Origin: Alphaproteobacteria bacterium
GTDB lineage: Bacteria > Pseudomonadota > Alphaproteobacteria > CAAHEQ01 > UBA3637
NCBI GenBank assembly: GCA_045605805.1
Contig: JAZUQR010000027.1
Coordinates: forward strand, 96,001-160,000
Direction of reading: 5' to 3'
DNA: 64,000 nucleotides
In this document: piece by piece, positions 21,241 to 30,922 of the stretch
How positions within the stretch are numbered: the stretch's first letter is position 1
How the letters are laid out: every line of letters starts with the position of its first letter
Program-made: the position numbers and the translations under genes
Notes under the pieces: generated by a model
The model's database searches: none
Told to the model about the DNA's origin: nothing
What the model saw: only the letters and a program-made list of their open reading frames with translations

Positions 21241-22686
21241 ATGGAAAACATCAATACAATTCAGGTTCAATGGGCCGAAATATGCGCACAATTGTCCCAA
21301 ACGCTCAGCGACCGATTCGTGATGCGTTGGCTCAGCAAGGTTGTACCGGATAAAATTGAAAACAATCAGGTACACCTCATGGTATCCAGCCCCTGCATTC
21401 GTGAATTAATTGAACAAAACTATCTGTCCCATATTGCCTCGTTATGGAAAACAAAAAATACAAATATCCACACGGTCAGCCTGAAATTGAATCCAGACTT
21501 AAAGGAAAAAGCCCAAATGTCTGTTCAAATCAAAAAAGAAACACCGCAAACCGTGTCCCCCATTCAACAACCAACCGAATCAATAGCGGTTATCAAACCT
21601 CAAAATTTCACACCTAGCTATACGGCCATAACCCCCTCAGCTGTGACAGAGGAGATTCCTTGTTATTTGGATAAATCACACACCTTTGGAAACTTTGTTG
21701 TCGGCAAATCAAACCAATTTGCCTATGCAGCCGCCAAAAAGATTGCCGAAGAAGACCATCCGGCCTTTAATCCGCTGTACTTCCACGCAGGTGTTGGCTT
21801 GGGTAAAACCCACTTATTGCACGCCATTGCTTGGCGCATTAAAGAACGTCATCCGCAAAAGAGTGTATTATATTTATCATCTGAACAATTCTTTCAACGT
21901 TTTTTGCACGATTTGAACACGAAAAATATGGATGGCTTTCGGGCGTTGGTTCGGTCCGTAGATGTTTTACTGATTGACGATATCCAATTTATTTTGGGCA
22001 AACAACGCACACAAGAAGAGTTTTTTCACACATTCAATGCTTTAATTGCTGAACAAAAAACAATCATTTTGTCGGCCGACTCTATGCCCAGTGCCTTACA
22101 AGGGATTGATGAAAAATTACGCACGCGTATTTCACAAGGATTGGTGGTGGATATTGCCCCGGCAGATGAAAACCTGCGACTCGGCATTTTGCAAGGCAAA
22201 AGCAAAGAAATGGGATCGGATATTCCGGATGATGTACTGGCATTTTTGGCCAAAAGCATCACCACAAATGTTCGTGAATTGGAGGGGGCATTAAAACGAG
22301 TCATTGCCCATGCCGAATTGATTGGCAACCCCATCAACATGGATACAACTCAAGAAGTGTTAAAAGATATCTTACACACCTATGAACGGCCGGTCAAAGC
22401 CCCCGAAATTCAAAACTTTGTGGCACAATACTATCAAATCTCACTGGAAGATTTACAATCCACAAGAAGGGACCGTTCTTTTGCCCGTCCACGCCAAATT
22501 GCGATGTACCTGACAAAAGTTTTAACGCCCCTATCTTTACCGGATATTGCCTTGTGTTTCAAACGAGATCATACCACAATTATCCATGCCGTTCGCACCA
22601 TTGAAGGATTGATTCAACAAGACAAGAAGTTGGCCCAACAAGTCAATGAAATCACCACAAAACTGAAAGCGGGAACAAATGTCTAA
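21241..22686 (+). CDS. dnaA: Chromosomal replication initiator DnaA
   Basis: FNPLYF, GLGKTHLL, LLIDDIQF, QEEFFHTFN, NVRELEGAL, RPRQIAMYL, RDHTTIIHA. Confidence 0.98.
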   Translation: MENINTIQVQWAEICAQLSQTLSDRFVMRWLSKVVPDKIENNQVHLMVSSPCIRELIEQNYLSHIASLWKTKNTNIHTVSLKLNPDLKEKAQMSVQIKKETPQTVSPIQQPTESIAVIKPQNFTPSYTAITPSAVTEEIPCYLDKSHTFGNFVVGKSNQFAYAAAKKIAEEDHPAFNPLYFHAGVGLGKTHLLHAIAWRIKERHPQKSVLYLSSEQFFQRFLHDLNTKNMDGFRALVRSVDVLLIDDIQFILGKQRTQEEFFHTFNALIAEQKTIILSADSMPSALQGIDEKLRTRISQGLVVDIAPADENLRLGILQGKSKEMGSDIPDDVLAFLAKSITTNVRELEGALKRVIAHAELIGNPINMDTTQEVLKDILHTYERPVKAPEIQNFVAQYYQISLEDLQSTRRDRSFARPRQIAMYLTKVLTPLSLPDIALCFKRDHTTIIHAVRTIEGLIQQDKKLAQQVNEITTKLKAGTNV

Positions 22687-23128
22687 TCTAACACCATTTA
22701 GCAATCCGTTTTTGGTTGGCTTTAACGAATTGGAACAAATGTTGCTCCGAGTCGCCAAAGGGGCCGATTCGTTTCCGCCGTATAATGTGGAACAAATCAA
22801 CAACACCACATTTGAAATTACAATGGCCGTGGCAGGTTATTCTGAATCAGATTTAGAATTGGTTCAAGAAGAGAACCAATTGATTATTCGGGGTCATCAA
22901 GAACACAACCCGAATCGGCACTATTTACATCAAGGCATTGCTGCGCGCAGCTTTATAAAATCTTTTGTGCTGGCTGATGGAATGACCATTCAAGGGGCAG
23001 TACTAGAAAACGGACTGTTGATGATAACCTTGCAAAAACCGCAAAAAACACCTAATATAAAGAAAATAGAAATTAAAAAAACATCAAAAACTGTTCAACT
23101 GAATAAGAAAGGAGAAGCCGATGAATGA
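22679..23128 (+). CDS. Small heat shock protein, Hsp20/IbpA family
   Basis: FPPYNVE, MAVAG, YLHQGIAARSF, LENGLL. Confidence 0.93.
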   Translation: MSNLTPFSNPFLVGFNELEQMLLRVAKGADSFPPYNVEQINNTTFEITMAVAGYSESDLELVQEENQLIIRGHQEHNPNRHYLHQGIAARSFIKSFVLADGMTIQGAVLENGLLMITLQKPQKTPNIKKIEIKKTSKTVQLNKKGEADE

Positions 23129-23336
23129 AAAAATCACCATTACATTAGACAACTCCTTCTGTACCGAACAAGTCGGCCTAGATGAACAAGTATATATCAA
23201 AAAAGAAAAACAAAATAACGAATTGGTATGGGCAATATACAGCCCGGAAGGCGAAAGAATGGCTCAAACATTTTCAAAAGAAATGGCTTTGGCTATCGTC
23301 CGCCAAAACGATTTAACAGCTTCTTATGTTCATTAA
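23121..23336 (+). CDS. DUF1150 family protein
   Basis: VYIK..WAIYSPEGERMA..ALAIVRQNDL..VH; paired with Hsp20 as in alphaproteobacteria. Confidence 0.7.
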   Translation: MNEKITITLDNSFCTEQVGLDEQVYIKKEKQNNELVWAIYSPEGERMAQTFSKEMALAIVRQNDLTASYVH

Positions 23337-23458
23337 AAGAGCCCTATTCATCAATATATAATTTCAACAGTCACTTTAAGCAGAGGATGCCAAAAATCCG
23401 ATAAGGCAAAGAAAATACCTTGCTTCACACACAAAAAAAAATCAGAAAAAAGCCAAAA

Positions 23459-23549
23459 TGGCGGATGGGAGAGGATTCGAACCTCCGTTAGGCTTTAGAC
23501 CTAAACGCACTTTCCAGGCGCGCGCCTTCAACCACTCGGCCACCCATCC
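23459..23549 (-). tRNA. tRNA-Ser(GGA)
   Basis: GGATGGGTGGCCGAGTGG...CT-GGA-AA...long variable arm...GGTTCGAATCC...CCATCCGCCA. Confidence 0.97.
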
Positions 23550-23636
23550 ACTTCAATGGAAAGTAAAGCAATTTTACCAAAAACAAAACAAAATGTCAAG
23601 AAAATATATCAATTCTCATTAAAACTTATTTGCTTA

Positions 23637-24980
23637 TCATACTTTTCTTGCCAAGAAATACCTATCTGTATCGGTGTTTTTAATATCTCGCCCACAATAC
23701 CGTGCGCCTTCTTGGCATTTGCCACAAATAAAACAAGGAGGAGCCAACACCTTTAACAAAGTATCTGATTTTGGCAAACAGGCTAATACCTCTCTTAAAG
23801 CCACCGCCACATGATAGATTTCTTCTTGGGCACACCAACAAGAACGCTTGCCTTGCTCATGAATCAAAGCATTCAAATCAGCCATTTTTTGATAGCGCAC
23901 CATCCCCCCATAAGGCGCAACAGCCTGAATCAAACCGGCCGGCACTTGGCCTTGAAAATCCAACCATTCCTGCATATACGCAAGCGCAATATCCGCCATA
24001 CCGGCCTCTTGCAATAAAGGCGGCAAATAAAATGAATTGACAAACCAAGGGGTTGACCGTTTCACCGAACGATGCCGTTGATCTTGCCCATAGGTGGCAC
24101 AAGAAACTTGAACCTCTGTTTTGACAAAATGAACCGAGTTATTCATTGCCTGAGGATTAAAATACAAAGTATCCACACTGTCTTTACCGGCATCAGGATA
24201 AACTGATTCATCCAAATCGGCCTCTAACAAATACACATCCGGCTTCTCCTCCACAACAGCCGTTCCTTCTTTAATCGGCAAATACCAATTTTGTTCCTGA
24301 CGCATCAAAGGATTAAAAAAATCGGCCAATTCGGGATATTCTGCCACAACAGCATCCCGCATCATATCCACAATCAAGCGCATTTCACTGGTCCATGCGC
24401 TGCGCCACAAAGCCGTTAAAGCCGACAAATTCAAGGTCATATCCAATGCCGTTGGCACAAGTTGAGAAATAAACATCCGTAGTTGTTCTTGAGCCAACTT
24501 GGGGGCATTTATTTCTATATATTTATCATTCGCAAAAGGCCGTTCTGTCCGAATAGCCTTTTCGGCAAGCGGTATAATTTTTGGCAACCAGTCTTGATAA
24601 ATCTGAAAACCTTTTTGAATCCAAGGCATTACCTTGTCAATATCCTCGTCACTGTAAAAAGGGGTTAAAAAGGAAGTCATTTTTTCAAAATCAGGTTCTT
24701 CATACATTTTTGAAAAACGGCCCGACCGTTGATCAGAATTATAATAAGGGGCAGTCAAATGAAGCCCAAAGACCACGGCCGACACAGGAATGTCTTTCAA
24801 AGAAAAAGTAAAATGCGTATGTTGTAAAGTGGTATGATGGCCCGAATCAAACAAACGCCCCTTCACATCAATCGGCTTGTCAATCAAAACTGGGTCCAAA
24901 GTATAACACACCCGTGCAGCATGAGACGCCAAATCCAATGGTTTTTTGTCGGACTTTGCCAAAAGTTTAATCTGCATCAT
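23637..24980 (-). CDS. thyX: FAD-dependent thymidylate synthase ThyX, two-domain form
   Basis: GHHTTLQHTHFTF and SDQRSGRF in domain 1; QDQRHRS in domain 2; C-terminal PPC..CQEG..YCG. Confidence 0.8.
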   Translation of the reverse strand: MMQIKLLAKSDKKPLDLASHAARVCYTLDPVLIDKPIDVKGRLFDSGHHTTLQHTHFTFSLKDIPVSAVVFGLHLTAPYYNSDQRSGRFSKMYEEPDFEKMTSFLTPFYSDEDIDKVMPWIQKGFQIYQDWLPKIIPLAEKAIRTERPFANDKYIEINAPKLAQEQLRMFISQLVPTALDMTLNLSALTALWRSAWTSEMRLIVDMMRDAVVAEYPELADFFNPLMRQEQNWYLPIKEGTAVVEEKPDVYLLEADLDESVYPDAGKDSVDTLYFNPQAMNNSVHFVKTEVQVSCATYGQDQRHRSVKRSTPWFVNSFYLPPLLQEAGMADIALAYMQEWLDFQGQVPAGLIQAVAPYGGMVRYQKMADLNALIHEQGKRSCWCAQEEIYHVAVALREVLACLPKSDTLLKVLAPPCFICGKCQEGARYCGRDIKNTDTDRYFLARKV

Positions 24981-25033
24981 TTTCTCCTTTTGTTTTCTTT
25001 AAGCATACAAAAACACAAAGAAGATAGCAACAC

Positions 25034-26857
25034 TTATTTTAACAAAAGGGCCATCAATTTTTCCGTCCACAAAGCCGGATCTTTAATCGGTTCCCCCTCA
25101 ATCACAAGGGTTTGATTAAACAACACAAGGATATAATCTGTTGGATCCTCCATCTGGGCCATCTTGGCAATCACAGGATGATGTGGATTCAATTGTAAAA
25201 TCCGATCCGAAGCAAACACAGTCTGTTGGCCATGCGCCCGCATCAAGCGTTCCATATTCAAAGTCATCTGTCCCGCCCCCGTCACCAAAGCCATCGGGCT
25301 TTTTGTTAAGCGGTCGGTCACTTGAATATCCTTCACTTGATCCCCTAAAACAGCCTTCATTTTTTCAATTAAAGCATCCATCTGGGGTTGTGGCACAGCC
25401 TCTGTGGATAAATCCACCTTTTGAATCTTGTCCAATTCATCCCCTGCCTGTTGAACCGACACAAACTTCTTTCCCTGATACTCAGGATAGGTATTTGTCC
25501 AAAACTCGTCAATCGGATCTGTCAATAATAACACCTCAATACCCCGAGCCATAAAGCCTTCTAATTGAGGATTTTGACGCAAAGTCGCCAAATCAGAACC
25601 AGTTAAATAATAAATAGAGTCTTGTCCGTTTTTCATCCGACCCACATAATCGGCAAGCGAAACAACCCCCTCTCCTTGGGTGGAATAAAACCGACACAGT
25701 TCGGCCACTTCATCTCGTTGAGCAGAAGGTTCATATAACCCCTCTTTCAACACAATACCAAAAGCATCCCAAAACACTTGATATTCTTGTGGATTTTCTG
25801 CCCGTTTTTTCAAAGCATTCAAAATCTTTGTAGAAAGGCCTTGCTTGATTTTGGCCATCACAGGGGTTTGTTGCAACATCTCCCGACTAACATTCAAGGG
25901 CAAATCTTTGGTATCAATCACCCCCGTCACAAAGCGCAACCAATAGGGCAACAATTCCGGCACATCTGATGAAATAAACACTTTATTCACATACAAACTT
26001 AAACCCGATGGCCGATCTGGTTGAAACAAATTGACCGGAGGTTTTGTCGGTACAAAAACCAAAGCGGTATAATCAATCACACCCTCGGCATGGAAATGAA
26101 GCGTTTCCCAAGGCGTATCCAGCGCATGAGCCACGGTCTGATAAAAATCCTTATACTGCGTTTCTGTAATTTCAGATTTAGAACGCATCCACAAAGCCGA
26201 ACCGGCATTCACCACATCTTCTTTGCCTTCGTTGCACAACGCAATGGGTACATTCACAAAATCGCTGTATTGTTTAATCAATTGACGCACCCGAAATGGG
26301 TCAAGGTATTCTTCTGCATCTTCCCTTAAAAATAAAGTCACTCGTGTGCCTTGGGATACATCCGCTGCCTCACTTACCTCAAACGAACCGGCCCCATCAC
26401 TTTCCCAAAGCCATCCTTGCGTTTCACCGGCTTTTCTGGAATAAACCTGAACCTTACTGGCCACCATAAAGCTGGCATAAAAGCCAACACCAAATTGGCC
26501 AATCAAAGCCATATCTTTTTGTTTATCCCCCGAAAGAGCTTGAACAAACTCGCTGGAACCGGAACGGGCAATTGTTCCCAGATGATTGATTAAATCTTCC
26601 CGATTCATCCCAATGCCATTATCTGCCACTGTCAAAGTTTTCAATGTTTTGTTCAACTCCACCCGAATCTTAAACGGTTCAGGCTTTGCCAAGTCTGGAT
26701 GCAACATCTGCTCATAGCGCAACTTGTCACACGCATCAGAGGCGTTGGAAATCAATTCCCGCAAAAAAATCTCTTTGTTGGAATATAGACTGTGAATAAC
26801 AATATCCAACACCTTTGCCACTTCGGCCTTAAATTCAATTTTCTGTGTATCTGTCAT
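25034..26857 (-). CDS. htpG: Chaperone HtpG (Hsp90)
   Basis: YSNKEIFLRELISNASDA, DNGIGM, IGQFGVGFY, LPLNVSRE; AAGGAG RBS before ATG at 26857. Confidence 0.97.
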   Translation of the reverse strand: MTDTQKIEFKAEVAKVLDIVIHSLYSNKEIFLRELISNASDACDKLRYEQMLHPDLAKPEPFKIRVELNKTLKTLTVADNGIGMNREDLINHLGTIARSGSSEFVQALSGDKQKDMALIGQFGVGFYASFMVASKVQVYSRKAGETQGWLWESDGAGSFEVSEAADVSQGTRVTLFLREDAEEYLDPFRVRQLIKQYSDFVNVPIALCNEGKEDVVNAGSALWMRSKSEITETQYKDFYQTVAHALDTPWETLHFHAEGVIDYTALVFVPTKPPVNLFQPDRPSGLSLYVNKVFISSDVPELLPYWLRFVTGVIDTKDLPLNVSREMLQQTPVMAKIKQGLSTKILNALKKRAENPQEYQVFWDAFGIVLKEGLYEPSAQRDEVAELCRFYSTQGEGVVSLADYVGRMKNGQDSIYYLTGSDLATLRQNPQLEGFMARGIEVLLLTDPIDEFWTNTYPEYQGKKFVSVQQAGDELDKIQKVDLSTEAVPQPQMDALIEKMKAVLGDQVKDIQVTDRLTKSPMALVTGAGQMTLNMERLMRAHGQQTVFASDRILQLNPHHPVIAKMAQMEDPTDYILVLFNQTLVIEGEPIKDPALWTEKLMALLLK

Positions 26858-26882
26858 GTTGTTCTCCTTCTTTTGCATAAGA

Positions 26883-26911
26883 ATATAGTCACTCTTTTGA
26901 TAAAACGCAAG
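26883..26911 (-). promoter_or_regulatory. htpG promoter, alphaproteobacterial RpoD/RpoH type
   Basis: CTTGCG-N17-CTATAT on the minus strand. Confidence 0.5.
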
Positions 26912-27023
26912 ACACCCCCATTTTTTTAAGGACTCCTCTCTTGTAATTATTTGACAAAACAGCCATGCGCACAATTTGCGAATAATAAAAAGCCAAAAAC
27001 ATTTTGAAAAAACAACTTTTTCC

Positions 27024-27052
27024 TTGCAAAAAACACAAAAAAAAGCTATAAT
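27024..27052 (+). promoter_or_regulatory. Sigma70 promoter for the ORF27083-mipZ unit
   Basis: TTGCAA-N17-TATAAT. Confidence 0.65.
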
Positions 27053-27082
27053 ATATCCCACTGTTTTGCGAAAGGAATTAAA

Positions 27083-27595
27083 ATGGCTCAAAATTCAACA
27101 AAAACATCCGATAAAATATTACAAGAAATTTTTCAACCTGCCTCTTATGTCAATGGTTGTTTTGTACAACAACCTGCTTTTGAAAAAGCAACACAAACAC
27201 CTGATTCAACCATTAATACAATCAAATTTATGAAACAACACATTTCGGGCAAAGAGTTTGAAATTCACCGCAACAACTATCTTCGTGGTTCTTTATACGC
27301 AATTCAAAAACATCAATTTGATGCAAAACACACTGATTTTTTGGCTGACACAGTAAATTGGTTTATCCAAAAAAAACCAAGTCCTCACTCACAAACATAC
27401 CATACATTGTTAAAACTTTTAATAGAACAAATCAACCAAAAAGTTAAGATACCCCAAGAAAAACAACAACAATGGACAAACGCTTTAACACGCAAATCCC
27501 CGATTTGCATTCCAAATGATATTGGTTTAATTCCCGAAAATGCCGTTGAACCATCATTTACATTTGTAAAACATTTTTCAAAAAGATCAAGATAA
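27083..27595 (+). CDS. Hypothetical protein (ORFan)
   Basis: AAGGA RBS, upstream promoter, 170-aa ORF fills the gap before mipZ. Confidence 0.7.
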   Translation: MAQNSTKTSDKILQEIFQPASYVNGCFVQQPAFEKATQTPDSTINTIKFMKQHISGKEFEIHRNNYLRGSLYAIQKHQFDAKHTDFLADTVNWFIQKKPSPHSQTYHTLLKLLIEQINQKVKIPQEKQQQWTNALTRKSPICIPNDIGLIPENAVEPSFTFVKHFSKRSR

Positions 27596-27605
27596 AGGAT
27601 ATCCT

Positions 27606-28409
27606 ATGACAGCAAAAATCATCGTTTTTGCCAACGAAAAAGGCGGAACAGGAAAATCTACTCTGGCCATGCACACCATTGTGGCGTTGTTGCGTGCCGG
27701 TAAAAAAGTGGCTTCTTTTGATTTAGACCCAAACCAACAAAGTTTAACCAGATACATTGAAAACCGAAAAACTTTTGTTATGGAAAAAGGTGTCTCATTG
27801 GCCTTACCGGAACACATTTGTTGGACACCGGATGTGGCCCAGATTTACACATTAAGAAGCAAATTGGATAAGTTATCCAATGAAGTGGATGCCATAGTCA
27901 TTGACACCCCAGGGGCACACACAGAACTTGGCACACAAGCCATGGCTTTGGCAGATGTTTTAATCACCCCCATGAACGACAGTTTGGTTGATTTAGATAT
28001 TTTGGCGTTGGTAGATGGAGAAACATTAAAAATCACCGGCCCAAGCCATTTTGCCCAAACAGTATGGGAAACACGTCAACAACGCATGTTGGAACATAAA
28101 CCATCCCTAAAATGGTTGGTTGTACGCAACCGAATGTTGTTTAACAAATCCAAAAACTCACAAACCATGTCCATTTTGTTAAATGCTTTGGCAAGACGCA
28201 TCCATTTTGAATTGGTGGGGGTTATTTCGGAACGGGTTGTCTTTCGTGAATTATTCCTAAAAGGGCTAACCATGTTGGACTTTAAGGAAAACAACATTCG
28301 CATACCAACAACCGTTTCTTCAAAATCGGCCCGTCAAGAACTTTGCACACTTGTGGATAAAATTTGGGGTGACCCCTTGTTTTGTGACTCTGTTTCTGCT
28401 ATAGAATAA
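27606..28409 (+). CDS. mipZ: Division plane positioning ATPase MipZ
   Basis: NEKGGTGKST, IDTPG, LITPMNDSLVDLD, WLVVRNR, ERVVFRELFLKGLT. Confidence 0.92.
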   Translation: MTAKIIVFANEKGGTGKSTLAMHTIVALLRAGKKVASFDLDPNQQSLTRYIENRKTFVMEKGVSLALPEHICWTPDVAQIYTLRSKLDKLSNEVDAIVIDTPGAHTELGTQAMALADVLITPMNDSLVDLDILALVDGETLKITGPSHFAQTVWETRQQRMLEHKPSLKWLVVRNRMLFNKSKNSQTMSILLNALARRIHFELVGVISERVVFRELFLKGLTMLDFKENNIRIPTTVSSKSARQELCTLVDKIWGDPLFCDSVSAIE

Positions 28410-28437
28410 GGAGTGAAACACAAACAAAAGGAACCAC

Positions 28438-30060
28438 ATGGATATTACTGCCGTCAAAACACAAGCCTATCAAGATCAAACTTTTGGCACTGCTGGACTC
28501 AGACGACGGGTAAGTGTTTTTATGCAAAAAAACTATATTCACAATGTGGTTCAATCCATTTTTGACAGTTTAGAAGGTTTTGAAGGCAAAACCCTTGTTT
28601 TGGGTGGGGATGGTAGATATTTCAATGACAAAGCCATCCAAATTGTTATAAAAATCGCCACAGCAAACGGCTTTGGTCGCATTCTTGTTGGCAAGAACGG
28701 ATGGTTTTCCACACCGGCTCTGTCTCATTTAATTACACTTAAAGAAGCCTTTATGGGCATCATTTTAACCGCCAGTCATAACCCAGGGGGAAAAGAGGGT
28801 GACTTTGGCATCAAGTTTAATTTGAAAAATGGCGCACCAGCCCCCATTCACATCACAAAAAAAGTGACAGAACGAACCAAAACAATCAACCGCTATTGGT
28901 GGATAAACACACCGGATATTGAATTAAATAACACCGGCACACATCAAATCGGCAACACAGTAGTTGAAGTGATTGACCCCCTTGAAGATTACACAAACTA
29001 TATGAAAACCATTTTTGACTTTCAGGCAATCCGTCATCTGTTCAAAAGCGGTTTTTCGTTTGAATTTAACGCCATGAACGGCATCACAGGGCCATATGCA
29101 AAACACATTTTTGAAACAGAATTAGGGGCAAAAGAAGGAACTGTTGTAAATGGGACACCTTTGCCCGATTTTGGGGGATTACATCCCGAACCGAATCTGA
29201 CTCACGCAAAAGAATTGGTAAATAAAATGAACCAAGACGATGCTCCCGATTTTGGGGCAGCCTCTGATGGGGACGGTGACCGCAATATGATATTCGGTAA
29301 AAAGTTTTTTGTGGATCCGGCCGACAGCTTAGCCTTTTTGGCCGAACATTTGAATAAAATACCTTTTTATCAAAACAACTTTTATGGTGTGGCCCGTTCT
29401 GCCCCCACCTCCAAAGCAGTGGACTTGGTCGCAAAACGCAAAAACCTGCCCCTATATATCACACCAACCGGATGGAAGTTTTTTGCCAACTTGCTGGAAA
29501 ACAAACGCATCAGCCTGTGTGGCGAAGAAAGTTTTGGTACCGGTTCATCTCATGTGATGGAAAAAGATGGCTTGTGGGCCATTTTGGCATGGCTAAACAT
29601 TATGGCAATCACAAAAAAAAGCCCCGAACAACTGATGACCGAGTTATGGCAAAAAGATGGACGTGTCTATTGTATGCGACACAGCTATGAAAACATCAAC
29701 AAAGAAGAGGCAGTCCATCTGATGGATTCATTGGCTGCCCGCATTCCTGTTTTGAAAGGACAAACTTTTGGTTGCTTTACCATAGAATCAGCCCAAATTT
29801 TTAACTATACCGACCCTGTCACCCAAGAACGAGAAAGCAATCAAGGCATCATCATCCACCTGTCACAACAGGCCTCTATCATGGTGCGTTTATCTGGCAC
29901 AGGAACAGTGGGGGCAACGCTTCGGATTTATTTTGAACGGCACGAAACAAAAATAACAGAAAAACCCGAAGAAGTTTTGGCACCTGTTATTTTAGCTGCC
30001 ACAACTATTTTACAGATTCAAAAATATATCAAAATGGATACCCCTACAACCATTACATAA
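28438..30060 (+). CDS. pgm: Phosphoglucomutase
   Basis: TASHNPGG, DGDGDRN, CGEESFGTGS, RLSGTGTVGATLR. Confidence 0.96.
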   Translation: MDITAVKTQAYQDQTFGTAGLRRRVSVFMQKNYIHNVVQSIFDSLEGFEGKTLVLGGDGRYFNDKAIQIVIKIATANGFGRILVGKNGWFSTPALSHLITLKEAFMGIILTASHNPGGKEGDFGIKFNLKNGAPAPIHITKKVTERTKTINRYWWINTPDIELNNTGTHQIGNTVVEVIDPLEDYTNYMKTIFDFQAIRHLFKSGFSFEFNAMNGITGPYAKHIFETELGAKEGTVVNGTPLPDFGGLHPEPNLTHAKELVNKMNQDDAPDFGAASDGDGDRNMIFGKKFFVDPADSLAFLAEHLNKIPFYQNNFYGVARSAPTSKAVDLVAKRKNLPLYITPTGWKFFANLLENKRISLCGEESFGTGSSHVMEKDGLWAILAWLNIMAITKKSPEQLMTELWQKDGRVYCMRHSYENINKEEAVHLMDSLAARIPVLKGQTFGCFTIESAQIFNYTDPVTQERESNQGIIIHLSQQASIMVRLSGTGTVGATLRIYFERHETKITEKPEEVLAPVILAATTILQIQKYIKMDTPTTIT

Positions 30061-30069
30061 AAGTTTTGT

Positions 30070-30098
30070 TTGCAATTTACAATTTTTATCGTTAAAAT
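30070..30098 (+). promoter_or_regulatory. Sigma70 promoter for the mlaE operon
   Basis: TTGCAA-N17-TAAAAT. Confidence 0.5.
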
Positions 30099-30124
30099 AA
30101 CTCTATCATAAGGAGTGATAAAAA

Positions 30125-30913
30125 GTGACCGAAAAATTTTTGTCTTTTATCAATGCATTGGGCCGCATGGTAATCCATTTTTTCAAAGCCAGTGGTGATT
30201 TAGTTTTGTTCACAACAAACATCGTTCTGAACACATTCAAACAACCGTTTTACCTTTCCGAAACAATCCGAATGTGCCGTGAAATTGGATTTTATTCTTT
30301 GCCCGTTGTGGCTTTGACAACAATTTTTTCAGGCATGGTCATTGCCATCCAAACCTATGAGGCTGTGTCAAAGTTTTCGGCCGAAGGGGCGGTATCTATG
30401 GTTGTTTTGGTGGCCGTGACACGAGAATTAGCACCGGTTTTGGCTGCCTTAATGGTTGCCGGCCGTATTGGAGCCGCCATTGCTGCCGAAATTGGCACCA
30501 TGCGTGTCACAGAACAAATAGATGCTCTTTCCACTTTACGCACAAATCCAGTTCAATATTTGATTGTCCCACGGGTTGTAGCGGCCACATTGATGATGCC
30601 TTTGTTGGTTTTAATCGGGGATATTATCGGGGTGTGTGGTGGCTATCTGGTTGGGGTATCCAAAATGGGCTTTAACGCCACCACTTATTTGGTGAACACA
30701 TGGAACACCCTTCAAGCAATGGACATCATTTCCGGCATGACGAAAGCCGCTGTATTTGGCTTTATCATAAGTATTTTAGGCTGTTATCACGGTTTCAAAT
30801 CACAAGGGGGCGCACAAGGCGTTGGACAAGCCACCACAAATGCCGTTGTCTCATCCAGCATTTTAATTTTAATTTTCAACTATCTTTTAACCGAGCTGTT
30901 TTTCAAACTGTAA
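30125..30913 (+). CDS. mlaE: MlaE family lipid ABC transporter permease
   Basis: RELAPVLAALMVAGR, AEIGTMRVTEQIDAL, GVGQATT. Confidence 0.95.
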   Translation: MTEKFLSFINALGRMVIHFFKASGDLVLFTTNIVLNTFKQPFYLSETIRMCREIGFYSLPVVALTTIFSGMVIAIQTYEAVSKFSAEGAVSMVVLVAVTRELAPVLAALMVAGRIGAAIAAEIGTMRVTEQIDALSTLRTNPVQYLIVPRVVAATLMMPLLVLIGDIIGVCGGYLVGVSKMGFNATTYLVNTWNTLQAMDIISGMTKAAVFGFIISILGCYHGFKSQGGAQGVGQATTNAVVSSSILILIFNYLLTELFFKL

Positions 30914-30922
30914 GGGGGAGTA

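Noticed and set aside
23337-23458. ncRNA or att remnant downstream of tRNA-Ser(GGA)
   Set aside because: No tRNA-derived repeat or convincing stem was found.
26858-27091. 78-aa N-terminal extension of HtpG in the ORF track
   Set aside because: A strong RBS and promoter precede ATG 26857; the extension crosses divergent promoters.
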